Shown here: positions 1-10,100 of the stretch, piece by piece
Layout: the number at the start of each line of letters is the position of its first letter
Position numbering within the stretch: position 1 is the first letter of the stretch
NCBI GenBank assembly: GCA_963842095.1
Contig: CAWJEY010000007.1
Location: 137,602-201,601, forward strand
Length of the DNA stretch: 64,000 nt
Source of the DNA: an uncultured Acidobacteriaceae bacterium
Lineage (GTDB): Bacteria; Acidobacteriota; Terriglobia; Terriglobales; Acidobacteriaceae
Reading direction: 5' to 3'
Position numbers and translations under genes: made by a program
Notes under the pieces: model-generated
What the model saw: only the letters and a program-made list of their open reading frames with translations
What the model was told of the DNA's origin: nothing
Database searches by the model: none

Positions 1-279
1 GACGCGCGAGCGCGGGCCGCCCAGGGAGAATGGAGGGACGCAGTCCACTTCGGCTATTGGGCAGCGGTCTCGCGCCTGGAGTCAGAGGGTGTGTGGAAGC
101 CCGACAAGACGCGCACTCCGCGGGAGTATCTCAACGCAATTCCGGGCTCCAGCTTGTCGAAGGAACCGTTTGCGGCGATGACGGGGAAGTTTGAGGCGAG
201 CTGGTACGGAAGCCGTCCCGCAACGGAAGCGGACTTTGCGCAATTCGCCGCTCACCTGGAAAGACTGGGATGCCGGTAA
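1..279 (+). CDS. DUF4129-like protein, C-terminal part (5' end lies outside the window)
   Basis: Frame 1 is open from the window edge to the stop at 277-279. The tail ...PREYLNAIPGSS...FEASWYGSRPATEADF resembles the DUF4129 C-terminus that accompanies MoxR/DUF58 clusters. It overlaps the next gene by 10 nt. Confidence 0.5.
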   Translation, partial: DARARAAQGEWRDAVHFGYWAAVSRLESEGVWKPDKTRTPREYLNAIPGSSLSKEPFAAMTGKFEASWYGSRPATEADFAQFAAHLERLGCR

Positions 280-1457
280 CCGCAGGCGAGCAGCGCGGCT
301 TTATCGGGTTCGGCATCGGGCTGGTGCTGGTGATGACGTTGGTGGCCTGGCTGAGTTCGAACCAAAAAGACCAAGGGGTAGGCTCGCCCTCAAGCTACAA
401 CGTGCAGCGTAACGGGGCGAAGGCCGCCTATCTTCTTCTGCAACAGAGTGGATATGCGGTGGAACGCTGGAAGCAGCCGCCGTCGCAGCTTCCGGCGGAC
501 GCGGCTGGCGTGATGCTGGTGCTGGCGGGTCCGGAGTCCTATCCGCAGGCGGAAGAAATGAGCGGCATCATTCGCTTCTTGCTCCATGGGGGCAGCGTGC
601 TGATTGCGGGTGTGCGGCCTGACTCGTTTGTTCCTCAGGCTTCTGCCGAGGATGGAGATTTTCGCGTCGGTTTTGCAGAATGCAAGCCGGTTGCACCTAC
701 ACAGCTCACGCGTGGCGGAGCGATCTCCCAGGATGGCGATCTCGCCTGGGAGTCCAGCAAAGACGCGGCAGTCGTTCACTTTAAAGACAAGAACGGGAAG
801 CCCGTAGTCGTCTCCTACACTTTGGGCCAGGGGCGGGTGATCTGGTGGGCCAGCGCGTTGCCGCTGACCAACGCCGGGATTCGTAACCGGGGCAATCTCG
901 ATCTGCTGCTAAATTCAGTGGGCGACCGCCAGCGCATCCTTTGGGACGAGTACTACCATGAAGAGCATGCCACGGCTTCGGCGCATCCGTCGAACCCCGC
1001 GCAGATGTGGGCGCTGGCGCAGGCCGGATTTCTCGGGCTGCTGGTAATCCTAACGTTCTCCCGGCGCAGCGGGCCGGTGGTACCGTTGGTACGCGAGTCG
1101 CGCTTGTCTCCTTTGGAATTCGTGGAGACGCTGGGTAGCGTTTTCCATCGGGCACGCGGCACGCAGGTTGCGGTGGAAATTGCCTTCAGCCGCTTTCAGC
1201 AGATTGCCGCGCGGCGCCTTGGAATTCGCGGAACCGCCGGTGCAAACGATATTCTCGTAGCCATGGCGCAACGCGGGCTCAAGATTCCACCGGATGTGGC
1301 TGCTCTGGTGGGCCGCAGCGAAGAGGCCGCGGGAGATACGGAGTTGTCGGAAAAGCGGGCGCTCGAACACGTTCAGGCCCTTAGCCGGGCAACCCGGCTG
1401 CTCGACCCGACCGTATCCACGGCGCGCGGAACAAAGACAGAGAAAGAGAAGGAATAG
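270..1457 (+). CDS. DUF4350-like membrane-anchored protein
   Basis: 395-aa ORF with an N-terminal TM helix (FGIGLVLVMTLVAWL) and a second hydrophobic segment near residue 250. Its position between DUF4129 and MoxR is typical of DUF4350. The family call is from memory and not HMM-verified. Confidence 0.55.
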   Translation: MPVTAGEQRGFIGFGIGLVLVMTLVAWLSSNQKDQGVGSPSSYNVQRNGAKAAYLLLQQSGYAVERWKQPPSQLPADAAGVMLVLAGPESYPQAEEMSGIIRFLLHGGSVLIAGVRPDSFVPQASAEDGDFRVGFAECKPVAPTQLTRGGAISQDGDLAWESSKDAAVVHFKDKNGKPVVVSYTLGQGRVIWWASALPLTNAGIRNRGNLDLLLNSVGDRQRILWDEYYHEEHATASAHPSNPAQMWALAQAGFLGLLVILTFSRRSGPVVPLVRESRLSPLEFVETLGSVFHRARGTQVAVEIAFSRFQQIAARRLGIRGTAGANDILVAMAQRGLKIPPDVAALVGRSEEAAGDTELSEKRALEHVQALSRATRLLDPTVSTARGTKTEKEKE

Positions 1458-1464
1458 ACGCTCC

Positions 1465-2409
1465 ATGCAGGCAATCACGAAACTGGTAACCCACGGCCGC
1501 GCCGAACTGGCGAAAGTAATCGTCGGTCAAAATGAACTCATTGACGGCACGCTGACTGCCCTGCTTTGCGGCGGCCACGCGTTGATCGAAGGCGTCCCGG
1601 GCTTGGGCAAGACGCTCAGCGTGAAGGTGCTCGCCCGCGCCCTGAACGTGACGTTTCAGCGCGTGCAGTGTACCTCAGACCTGATGCCCGCCGATCTGCT
1701 GGGCAGCAACATTCTCAACCTGCAGAACGGAACGTTTTCCCTGCACCAGGGCCCGATGTTCACCGATCTGCTGCTGGTCGACGAAGTCAACCGTATGCCG
1801 CCACGCACGCAAGCGTCACTGCTGGAATCGATGGAAGAACGCCAGGTCACCATCGACGGCGTGCGCCATTCCCTCTCGCAATTGTTCACCGTGTTGGCTA
1901 CCCAGAATCCAGTGGAGTTCGAGGGCACCTACCCGCTGCCCGAAGCGCAACTGGATCGTTTTCTGTTGAAGATCAAGATCGGATATCCATCGGCGCAGGA
2001 AGAGCTGGAGATTCTGGCGAGGCACAACAACCAGACTCCGGCCCCAGGCGAACAGGCGGAGATCGCACCCATCGAACCGGAGGTGCTGTTGCAGGCGCGC
2101 ACCGAGCTTCGTCAACTTACAGTGGAGCAGTCGCTGCTGGGCTATATCTCTGAAATCGCGCGGCGGACGCGCAGTTGGCCGTCGGTATCTCTCGGCGCCA
2201 GCCCGCGAGCCGGGATCAGTCTGATGCTTGTAGCGAAGGCACTTGCAGCGCTCGCCGACCGTGACTACGTGATTCCCGATGACGTGAAGGCTGCAGTGCT
2301 TCCCGCGCTTCGCCACCGCATTGTGTTGCGTCCGGAGGCGGAACTCGAAGGTCTGGATGCGGACCGCGTGTTGACTGACGTGCTGGCCGCGGTCGAGGTT
2401 CCGAAGTGA
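1465..2409 (+). CDS. MoxR-family AAA+ ATPase
   Basis: Walker A GVPGLGKT, Walker B LLLVDEVNR, and MoxR-type length. I chose the ATG at 1465 because the in-frame start at 1294 adds 57 Arg-rich codons that overlap the preceding gene. Confidence 0.9.
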   Translation: MQAITKLVTHGRAELAKVIVGQNELIDGTLTALLCGGHALIEGVPGLGKTLSVKVLARALNVTFQRVQCTSDLMPADLLGSNILNLQNGTFSLHQGPMFTDLLLVDEVNRMPPRTQASLLESMEERQVTIDGVRHSLSQLFTVLATQNPVEFEGTYPLPEAQLDRFLLKIKIGYPSAQEELEILARHNNQTPAPGEQAEIAPIEPEVLLQARTELRQLTVEQSLLGYISEIARRTRSWPSVSLGASPRAGISLMLVAKALAALADRDYVIPDDVKAAVLPALRHRIVLRPEAELEGLDADRVLTDVLAAVEVPK

Positions 2410-3785
2410 GTATTCCCCGCCCACTCGAGCCGCCGCCGGTGGAGATGCCGGCGCAGCCTCACGGCCGGTTCGGCGGGGGCGCGGGGCCCCGGCTGTTGCT
2501 GCTGGCCGGCGTCGGCCTGGCGTGGATTATTCCCTCGTTGTGGAATCGGACATTTCTGTGGGCGATGCTGCTCTGGGATTTGCTTTTGTTGCTGGCTTTC
2601 CTGGGGGATTGGCTGCAGCTTCCGCACCCTAAGCAAATTAGCGTGCGCCGGGAATGGCGCAGTCCACTTTCGATTGGAGTGGCTGCATCGGTGAACCTCT
2701 CGGTGGCGAATCAATCTTCAGTTGATGTGTGGGTGAGCACCTACGACGAGCTGCCGCCGTCGAGCTGGCACACGGGTAAAGCTATCGTGCTGAAGGTGCT
2801 CGCGCGCGCCAGTCGGTCCGTCAATTACGAATACACGCCGGGCATGAGGGGCGACTTGCGCACCGGAAAGGTCTTTCTGCGCTACTGGTCTCGATTCCTG
2901 ATGGCGGAGCGCTGGGCGATTGCCGATCTCGGGCAAACAGTTCGCGTCTATCCTAATTTTGAACACGCACGCAAGCATTCCGTCTATCTCGCACGCAGCC
3001 GCCAGATCGAGTTGCAGATGCGAATGATGCGCCTGCGCGGGATGGGTTCCGACTTCGAGAGTCTGCGGGAACATCGGGAAGGGGATGAACTGCGCAACGT
3101 GTGCTGGACGGCGACGGCGCGCCGCGGGAAACTAGTTTCGAAGACTTTTCGCGTGGAACGCAGCCAGGCAGTTTGGATCGTTCTCGATTGCGGCCGCCTG
3201 ATGCGCGCCCGCACCGACGGCTACAGCAAACTCGATCGCGCAGTGGATGCGGCTCTCTGCCTGGCGCAACTCGCCATCTATTCGGGAGACCGCGTTGGCT
3301 TGCTAGCATACGGTCGGACGGTGAAACAAAGAGTGCTCCCCGGTCGCGGCGCGGCTCAGATGCGACACATCGTGGAGCAACTTGCTGTAGTCCGCGAGGA
3401 AGTACCGGAAGCTGACCATGTGCGCGCTGCCGCCAGCCTGCTCACTTTGCAGAAACAACGCGGGCTGATCATCTGGATTTCCGATCTGGCCGAGAGCGCG
3501 ATGACTCCCGAGGTAATTGAAGCTGCCGGGCAAATGCTTTCGCGGCATCTGCTGCTGTTCATTGCGATTGCCCAACCAGAACTGAAGCTGCGGGCCCGGC
3601 AAAGCCCCGCATCTGCGTCAGCCATGTATGAAGTGGTCGCGGCGCAGGAGATGGTTTACCGCCGCGAATTGCTTCTGGGACGTTTGCGCGAGCGCGGGGC
3701 GCTCTGCATGGAAGTGGAACCGTCTCGCATCTCGGCGGCGGTGCTCAACCAGTACCTTACGGTGAAAGAACGGAATCTGGTGTAG
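2406..3785 (+). CDS. DUF58 (vWA-like) protein, MoxR partner
   Basis: Two N-terminal TM helices followed by DUF58-type motifs (SDFESLREHREGDELRNVCW, VWIVLDCGRLM). The GTGA start/stop overlap with moxR at 2406-2409 suggests translational coupling. Confidence 0.85.
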   Translation: MSIPRPLEPPPVEMPAQPHGRFGGGAGPRLLLLAGVGLAWIIPSLWNRTFLWAMLLWDLLLLLAFLGDWLQLPHPKQISVRREWRSPLSIGVAASVNLSVANQSSVDVWVSTYDELPPSSWHTGKAIVLKVLARASRSVNYEYTPGMRGDLRTGKVFLRYWSRFLMAERWAIADLGQTVRVYPNFEHARKHSVYLARSRQIELQMRMMRLRGMGSDFESLREHREGDELRNVCWTATARRGKLVSKTFRVERSQAVWIVLDCGRLMRARTDGYSKLDRAVDAALCLAQLAIYSGDRVGLLAYGRTVKQRVLPGRGAAQMRHIVEQLAVVREEVPEADHVRAAASLLTLQKQRGLIIWISDLAESAMTPEVIEAAGQMLSRHLLLFIAIAQPELKLRARQSPASASAMYEVVAAQEMVYRRELLLGRLRERGALCMEVEPSRISAAVLNQYLTVKERNLV

Positions 3786-3837
3786 AGCCGGCGGTCTGCG
3801 GCGTTGGTCTTTGCTTCTTTCTATCAGTTCGTCTACA

Positions 3838-4803
3838 TCACGGCGCTTGTGGGGCTTTCGCTCGCGCACCGCTCCACAGATAAAAGATCAGCAGCATGAA
3901 GAGCGCCGCTGCGGCCGCGAATTTCAGAGGTGCAGGCACCGACGACGGCGAGAAGAAAGCCTCGATTGTGCCCGCCACGATCAGCATAGGAATCACGCCC
4001 ACCAGCAGACGAACCGCCTCGGTGCCGCCTACGGCCAGCGAATCCCGCCGCGATAGCATTCCCGGAAAGAGCAGGGCGCGGGCGAGACGCAGGCCGGCGC
4101 CTCCAGCGATGAAGATGGCGGGAAGCTCCAGAACTCCGTGTGGCGATACGAAGCTCCACAGGGGAACGCTCATGCCGTAATTGGCGCAGGCCGTGCCAAT
4201 TACTCCGATCATGATTCCGTTGAAGAAGAGCAGGTACAGCGTTCCGATCCCTCCTGTTATGCCCGAGGCAAAAGCCATGAAAGACACCGACAAATTGTTG
4301 GTCATGATGGCGCTGGATGCCTGGGGTTTTATGGAGACGATGGAATGCGTCCACATCTCATGGCGTTCGATGCTCTCCACCAGTTGCGGCGGGAGAAATT
4401 CGCGCATGTAATCCGGGTGGGCGAGCACGAAAAACATCCCCGCCAGCGCGCCTACCCAGAAGATTGCCGTGGCGACTGCAGTGTAAGGCAGGAATTGGCG
4501 GAAGATTCGCGGATAATCACGGCGGTAAAACTGCCAAATGCCGCCCACCGTTTTCTTTTGGCCCGAGTAGATTGCGTTGTGTGCCCGGCCCAGCAGTTGA
4601 TTCAAATAGCGGGATTGCTGCACACTGCTGGGGTCGCCCCGCACTGCGGAGAGGTCGGTGGCGGTTTGGCGGTAGAGCAATCCCAGTTCGCGCAGCTCGC
4701 TGCGGCTCAATCCATGCAGGCCTTGCTCTTTCACCCGCGTGAGCAGAGACTCTAACCGCGACCAGTAAATCTGGCGCTTGTTGAGCCAGGAAACGGAGAT
4801 CAT
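3838..4803 (-). CDS. SpoIIM/DUF95-type integral membrane protein
   Basis: The C-terminal 321 aa of the 528-aa track ORF start at MISVSWLNKRQIYWSRLE (ATG at 4803). The protein has a soluble N-domain followed by about 5 TM helices. The upstream 207 codons run antisense through the RDD gene and look non-coding. Confidence 0.75.
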   Translation of the reverse strand: MISVSWLNKRQIYWSRLESLLTRVKEQGLHGLSRSELRELGLLYRQTATDLSAVRGDPSSVQQSRYLNQLLGRAHNAIYSGQKKTVGGIWQFYRRDYPRIFRQFLPYTAVATAIFWVGALAGMFFVLAHPDYMREFLPPQLVESIERHEMWTHSIVSIKPQASSAIMTNNLSVSFMAFASGITGGIGTLYLLFFNGIMIGVIGTACANYGMSVPLWSFVSPHGVLELPAIFIAGGAGLRLARALLFPGMLSRRDSLAVGGTEAVRLLVGVIPMLIVAGTIEAFFSPSSVPAPLKFAAAAALFMLLIFYLWSGARAKAPQAP

Positions 4804-4806
4804 AAT

Positions 4807-4854
4807 TTGGACCCCAGTCTGGACCCCAGTTTGAGTCCCAGTTCGGACCCGACG
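4807..4854. repeat. 12-nt tandem repeat x4 at the back-to-back start codons of the SpoIIM-like and RDD genes
   Basis: The units are ttggaccccagt, ctggaccccagt, ttgagtcccagt and tcggacccgacg, read directly from the sequence. They encode (L/M)DPS-LDPS-LSPS-SDPT if the RDD gene starts at 4807. Confidence 0.8.
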
Positions 4855-5607
4855 GAAAAGCTTACCATCGAAACCCCGGAACAGATCTCCCTGGAGTTTC
4901 CTTTGGCCGGAGTGGGGAGCCGCGGCTACGCCCTTTGCATCGACACATTGATCCAGGTCATCGCTGCGGTGGTAGTCGTGCTGGTGGTCGCGTTCACGAC
5001 TCCGGATCTGGGACGCTCCTGGGTGCAGGCTCGAAACTGGGAGGTCGCCATCGCAATCTTCGTGCTCTTCTGCCTCTACTGGGGTTACTTTGCCATCTTC
5101 GAGATCCTGTGGAGCGGCCAGACGCCGGGCAAGCGGCAGGCAAGAATCAGGGTGATCAGCGCCAGCGGCCGACCCATCACCGTGTTTGAAGGTATCGGGC
5201 GAAATTTCATGCGGGCAATCGATTCCATTGGTTTCTACCTTGTGGGCAGCGTTGCCTGCGCAATCGACAAACAGAATCGCAGGCTGGGGGACATGGTTGC
5301 CGGGACGGTGGTTGTTCACGAGGTCGAGGAACAGGGCCTCTTCTATTGGTATGGACAGGGGAAATCGGCTTCGGCTCCATCGGTGAGCCAGGAGGTGGCA
5401 GCAATGACCAACCAGGAGTTCCAACTGGTCGAGGCATTTCTGGCGCGACGGCTGGATATTCCCAACCTGCAGCGACTAGAGTCAGGGCGAGCCATCGCGG
5501 ACCGAATGGGAGAGAAGCTGCATATCCCGAAAGAGCAGCGGCCTTCCGACGAAGAGTTTCTCGAAGAAATTTCGCGGCGCTATCGCGACGTTGTGCGGCG
5601 GAGTTAG
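4807..5607 (+). CDS. RDD-family membrane protein
   Basis: RDD-type core (GSRGYALCIDTLIQ..., three TM helices, ...NRRLGDMVAGTVVV). The start is uncertain: TTG at 4807, or CTG/TTG at 4819/4831 inside the tandem repeat. Confidence 0.75.
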   Translation: MDPSLDPSLSPSSDPTEKLTIETPEQISLEFPLAGVGSRGYALCIDTLIQVIAAVVVVLVVAFTTPDLGRSWVQARNWEVAIAIFVLFCLYWGYFAIFEILWSGQTPGKRQARIRVISASGRPITVFEGIGRNFMRAIDSIGFYLVGSVACAIDKQNRRLGDMVAGTVVVHEVEEQGLFYWYGQGKSASAPSVSQEVAAMTNQEFQLVEAFLARRLDIPNLQRLESGRAIADRMGEKLHIPKEQRPSDEEFLEEISRRYRDVVRRS

Positions 5608-5640
5608 GGACTGGGGCCGAAACGGCTCGCTGCGCTCGCT

Positions 5641-5661
5641 GGACAGCCGAGGCGGCTGTCC
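5641..5661. terminator. GC-rich hairpin between the convergent RDD and ilvA genes
   Basis: GGACAGCCG-agg-CGGCTGTCC forms a perfect 9-bp stem. There is no strong U-tract on either side, so it may be a REP-like element rather than a classical terminator. Confidence 0.4.
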
Positions 5662-5678
5662 CTACGCGATCTTTCCGT

Positions 5679-6944
5679 CTACAGGATTCTTTCGTGCGTG
5701 TAGCCGTTAGCGCCGAGGGCTGAAATCATCTCAGCAATGTGGTCGGGACCGCGCGTTTCCATGGTGATGTCGATGGCCGTGTCTCCTAGATTTACGTTGT
5801 GGTAAGCGCGATCGTACGACGTCTCGACGATGTTGGCGCGGTGCTGGGCGAGAATGCCTGTGAGGCGGTGCAGCGCTCCGGGGTAATCGGGAAGGTGCAC
5901 GCGCAGGCGAACCAGGCGTCCATCTTTGACCAGGCCGCGTTCGATGATGCGCGCCAAAAGAGTCACATCGATATTTCCGCCACTCACGATGGCGATGACC
6001 TTCTTGCCCGTTTTGTCCCGCGCCGTTGAATCGCGGATCGCTGAAGCGGGAATCGTTGAATCGGGAATCATTGGAACGCGGCGATTGACCAGCGCTGCCA
6101 CCGCAGCCGCACCTGCTCCTTCTGCCAGCATCTTCTCTCTTTCCAATAGCAGCAGAACGGCGTTCGCGATCTCCTCTTCCTCAACCGTGACGATGTCGTC
6201 CACATATTTCTGGATGAGCGGCAGCGTGCGCTCGCCCACGCGCCGCACTGCGATCCCATCTGCAATAGTTACCGCGGAAGGCAGGGTCACGGGTTTCCCT
6301 TCTGACAGGGCGACCTTTACCGATGGGATTCGCGCCGGTTGAACTCCAATGACCTGAATGCGGGGATTGGTTTCTTTCAAGGCGCAAGCGATGCCGGCGA
6401 TCAGGCCACCTCCGCCGATGGGCACCACGACCGCCTCCAGATCGGGATGCTGCTCGAGCAATTCCAGCCCCAGAGTTCCCTGCCCGGCGATGACTGCGTC
6501 ATCGTCGAAAGCATGGACGAAGGTCAGGTGATCCTGCGCGCCGAGGCGCAACGCTTCGGCGTAGGCCTCGTCGTAATTCGCCCCGTGCAGCACGACGTCG
6601 CCACCGTAGCCGCGCGTGGCTGACACTTTGATTAACGGAGTCGCCAGAGGCATGACGATTCTTGCCCGGATGCCCAGGTTGGAAGCATGGTAGGCAACGG
6701 CTTGCGCATGGTTCCCCGCCGAGGCTGCGATCACACCCTGGGAGCGTTCCTCCGCAGTCAGGGACAGCAGCTTGTTCAGCGCGCCCCGTTCTTTATAGGC
6801 GCCAGTTCTCTGTCGGTTCTCCAGTTTCAAGTAGATGGAGTTGCCGGTGAGTTCGGAGAACGTTTCTGACCGCGTGCAGGGGGACACGTAGATCGACTTT
6901 CGAACCCGGCCGAGGGCAGATTGAATGTGGGCGAGATTGACCAT
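5679..6944 (-). CDS. ilvA: threonine ammonia-lyase (threonine dehydratase) with a C-terminal ACT-like domain
   Basis: PLP-fold motifs (YLKLENRQRTGAYKERGA, AASAGNHAQAVAYHA, GGGGLIAG). The 421-aa length leaves room for a C-terminal regulatory domain. Confidence 0.9.
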   Translation of the reverse strand: MVNLAHIQSALGRVRKSIYVSPCTRSETFSELTGNSIYLKLENRQRTGAYKERGALNKLLSLTAEERSQGVIAASAGNHAQAVAYHASNLGIRARIVMPLATPLIKVSATRGYGGDVVLHGANYDEAYAEALRLGAQDHLTFVHAFDDDAVIAGQGTLGLELLEQHPDLEAVVVPIGGGGLIAGIACALKETNPRIQVIGVQPARIPSVKVALSEGKPVTLPSAVTIADGIAVRRVGERTLPLIQKYVDDIVTVEEEEIANAVLLLLEREKMLAEGAGAAAVAALVNRRVPMIPDSTIPASAIRDSTARDKTGKKVIAIVSGGNIDVTLLARIIERGLVKDGRLVRLRVHLPDYPGALHRLTGILAQHRANIVETSYDRAYHNVNLGDTAIDITMETRGPDHIAEMISALGANGYTHERIL

Positions 6945-7121
6945 TCGAGCGCTAATAGCGGCAGGATCGCCATTTAAACTGTCGAGAATCTACACCCTTC
7001 ACGATACAGGAGGCTCAACCGACCCCTCTGGAAATAGCCTTCTTGAGCGATGCAGAAAATCCATGCGCCGCATCGAAATTCACGATTGTACTTTAACGAA
7101 TTTTCCGGTTAGACAAGTAGT

Positions 7122-10100
7122 ATGGGGGAGAGTCGCCTCACATTCTCGGCGGATCATGATGCGTGCGGCGTGGGGTTCATCGCACAACTGGGCGGACCCG
7201 CGTCGCATGGGTTGGTCGAACGAGGGCTCGGTGCACTGAAGCGCCTGGCCCACCGCGGGGGTGTGGATGCCGACGGCCGCAGCGGAGACGGCGCCGGGCT
7301 GCTGGTTGGCCTTCCGAAGGCTTTCTTCCGCAAGGCCGCAGGTGCTGATGGAATCGACCTGCCTCACCAGTTTGGCGTCGCCATGGTGTTTCTTCAGCCG
7401 GGCCAGGAAGCTGTGGCGGAGGATGCGATTCGGGACGCGGTTGCGAAATTCGATTTGTCGTTTGCCGGCTGGCGCAAAGTGCCTACGGATCCTTCCATCC
7501 TCGGACCGCGCTCGAGAGATTCTCTGCCCACGGTACGGCAATGCTTTCTTGCGCCGCGAAGCAGTCCTTTCGGTCTAAGATCGTCCTCTCGGAGTTCGTC
7601 CACTCGAAGCTCGTCGGGGCTCGAATCCTCCGACTTCGAGTTGCAGCTCTACCGGCTGCGCCAGGAACTTGAAGTCAATTCCGACTCCGGCTATTACTGC
7701 TCATTATCGTCAAGAACCATCGTTTACAAAGGACTGCTCACTCCGGAGCAGTTGGCGCCCTTTTATCTCGACCTGAACGACCCTGAGTTCGCCAGCGCGT
7801 TTGTGGTTTTCCACCAACGATACTCGACCAACACGCAGCCTAGCTGGTCACTGGCCCAACCCTTTCGCTTCGTGGCGCACAACGGTGAGATCAACACCAT
7901 CAGCAGCAACCGGCGCTGGTTCCAGGCGCGCGGAGCTACATTGCGGAATCAGCTCAGACTGCCGGTCAGGGCAAAACTGTTGCAGCCCGGGATGAGCGAT
8001 TCTGCGAGTTTTGATAATGCGCTCGAAGCGTTGGTGCGGCGTGGTTCCAGCATTGCCGAATCGGCTTTGCGGCTGGTGCCACCGGCTTGGGAACACGATG
8101 AGCATCTCGACCCTGGGTTGCGTCAATTCCTCGCCGGCAGCGCTCCTGAACAGGAACCCTGGGACGGCCCGGCTGCCTTGATCTTCACCGATGGACTTTT
8201 TATAGGCGCGAAACTTGACCGCAACGGCCTGCGGCCGTTGCGTTATACGCTGACTTCGGATGGGCTGTTGATCGTCGGTTCGGAAGTCGGCATCACGGAT
8301 CTTTCCGGTAAGCAGGTGGTGGAGCGGCAGCGGCTGGGCCCGGGAGAGATGCTGATTGCCGATCCGGCCAGCGGAACATTTTTCCGGCCGAGCGAAGTAG
8401 CGCGGCTCGTGCCCACAGAGGATGGCCGGTCGAGCCTGACGGTGATCACACCGAAACATCAAGCCGAGCCGACCATCCTCGACGCCAACCGTTTGCTGGC
8501 GGCCTTTGGGTGGACTGAAGACCAGTTCCGCTTGCTCTTCCATCCTCTGGCGGAACAGGGGCAGGAAGCACTTTGGAGCATGGGTGATGACACCCCACCG
8601 GCTTTCCTCTCCACGCTTCCGCGCCCACTCTGGGATTACTGCAAGCAGCGCTTTGCTCAGGTGACCAACCCTCCCATCGATCCGCTGCGCGAGAATCACG
8701 TGATGTCGCTGGACGCGTATCTCGGCAAGAACGCGAAGCTGAGTTCCCCGGTACTCGATGTCGGACAAATGGATGTGATTGCAGATGCGCTGTCACCCAT
8801 GCCTTGCATCGACTTCACTTTCGAGGCTGCGGGAGGGGTTGAGGCAGCTCTTGAAGTATTGGCCAGAATCCGTGACGAGGCCAGAACGATGGCGATCCAC
8901 GCCGGCGCGATCCTGCTGACCGACCGTGGACTCAGTGACCGGCGGGCCGCCCTGCCGGCGCTGTTGGCTGCTTCGACAGTGTGGCGAGCCATGACGGAAA
9001 CCGGAGCCTGGAAGGTTCCGCTGATTGTGGAAACCGGCCAGGTTGTCGATACCCATCACGTTGCCCTGCTGATCGCAGTGGGCGCGAGCGCGGTACATCC
9101 CCATCTGGCCATGAGCATGGCTGCCCGTGCCGACGTCAACGGTCCCGCTCGATATCGAACCGGCGTTGAGAAGGGCTTGCGCAAGGTGCTGGCGCGCATG
9201 GGCATCTCCACGATCAGCAGTTACCGCAACGGCCAGTTGTTCGAAACCATCGGCCTGGATGCGGAAGTCTGCGAGGAATTCTTTGCCGATGCCGGGCGAA
9301 CCTTGGGCGGCAAACAACTGCGCGATCTTTTGCAAGACTGCATCACCTGCCACGCGTCGGGTTTTGGGTCCGCTGCGGCAGAGTTCCGCGATTCCGGTCT
9401 ATATCGCTTCCGCCACAACGGCGAGCAACACGCGAGTTCGCCGGAACTGGTGAGGCGAATGCACCGCTACATTAAGTCCCCAACCCCGCAGAATCACGCG
9501 GCGTTGTCTGTGCTATCGGAGGAAAGGAAGAACGTTGCGGTGCGGGACTTGCTCGATGTCCGTCCCGCGCAGCCTTTGTCTCTGGAGGAAGTCGAGAGTG
9601 AAGTTTCGCTGCTCAGCCGCTTCAGTACGCAGGCCATGTCGTTGGGTGCAATCTCGCCGGAAGCCCACCAGACTCTGGCCATAGCCATGAACCGCCTGGG
9701 AGGACGCAGCAATACCGGCGAGGGCGGTGAAGATCCGAGCATTTATTACGACCGCCCGGAAGCGAACAACCGGGTCAAGCAGGTGGCGTCGGCGCGATTT
9801 GGCGTGACGGCGGAATATCTGGTGCATGCCGATGAAATCGAGATCAAGATGGCGCAAGGCTCCAAGCCCGGCGAAGGCGGCCAGTTGCCGTCCTCCAAAG
9901 TCACGCCCTACATCGCGCGCCTACGGCACGCAGTACCCGGAACCTCACTGATTTCGCCGCCGCCGCACCATGACATCTACAGCATTGAAGACCTGGCGCA
10001 GTTGATCTACGACCTGCGCGCCGTCAATCCCAACGCGCGCATCGGGGTCAAGCTGGTTTCGAGTTCCGGAGTCGGCGTGATCGCGACCGGCGTAGCCAAG

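Noticed and set aside
3838-5424. A 528-aa minus-strand track ORF extending the SpoIIM-like gene by 207 N-terminal codons.
   Set aside because: The extension runs antisense through the well-supported RDD gene and has Arg/His/Gly-rich, non-protein-like composition. The membrane protein begins sensibly at the internal ATG at 4803.
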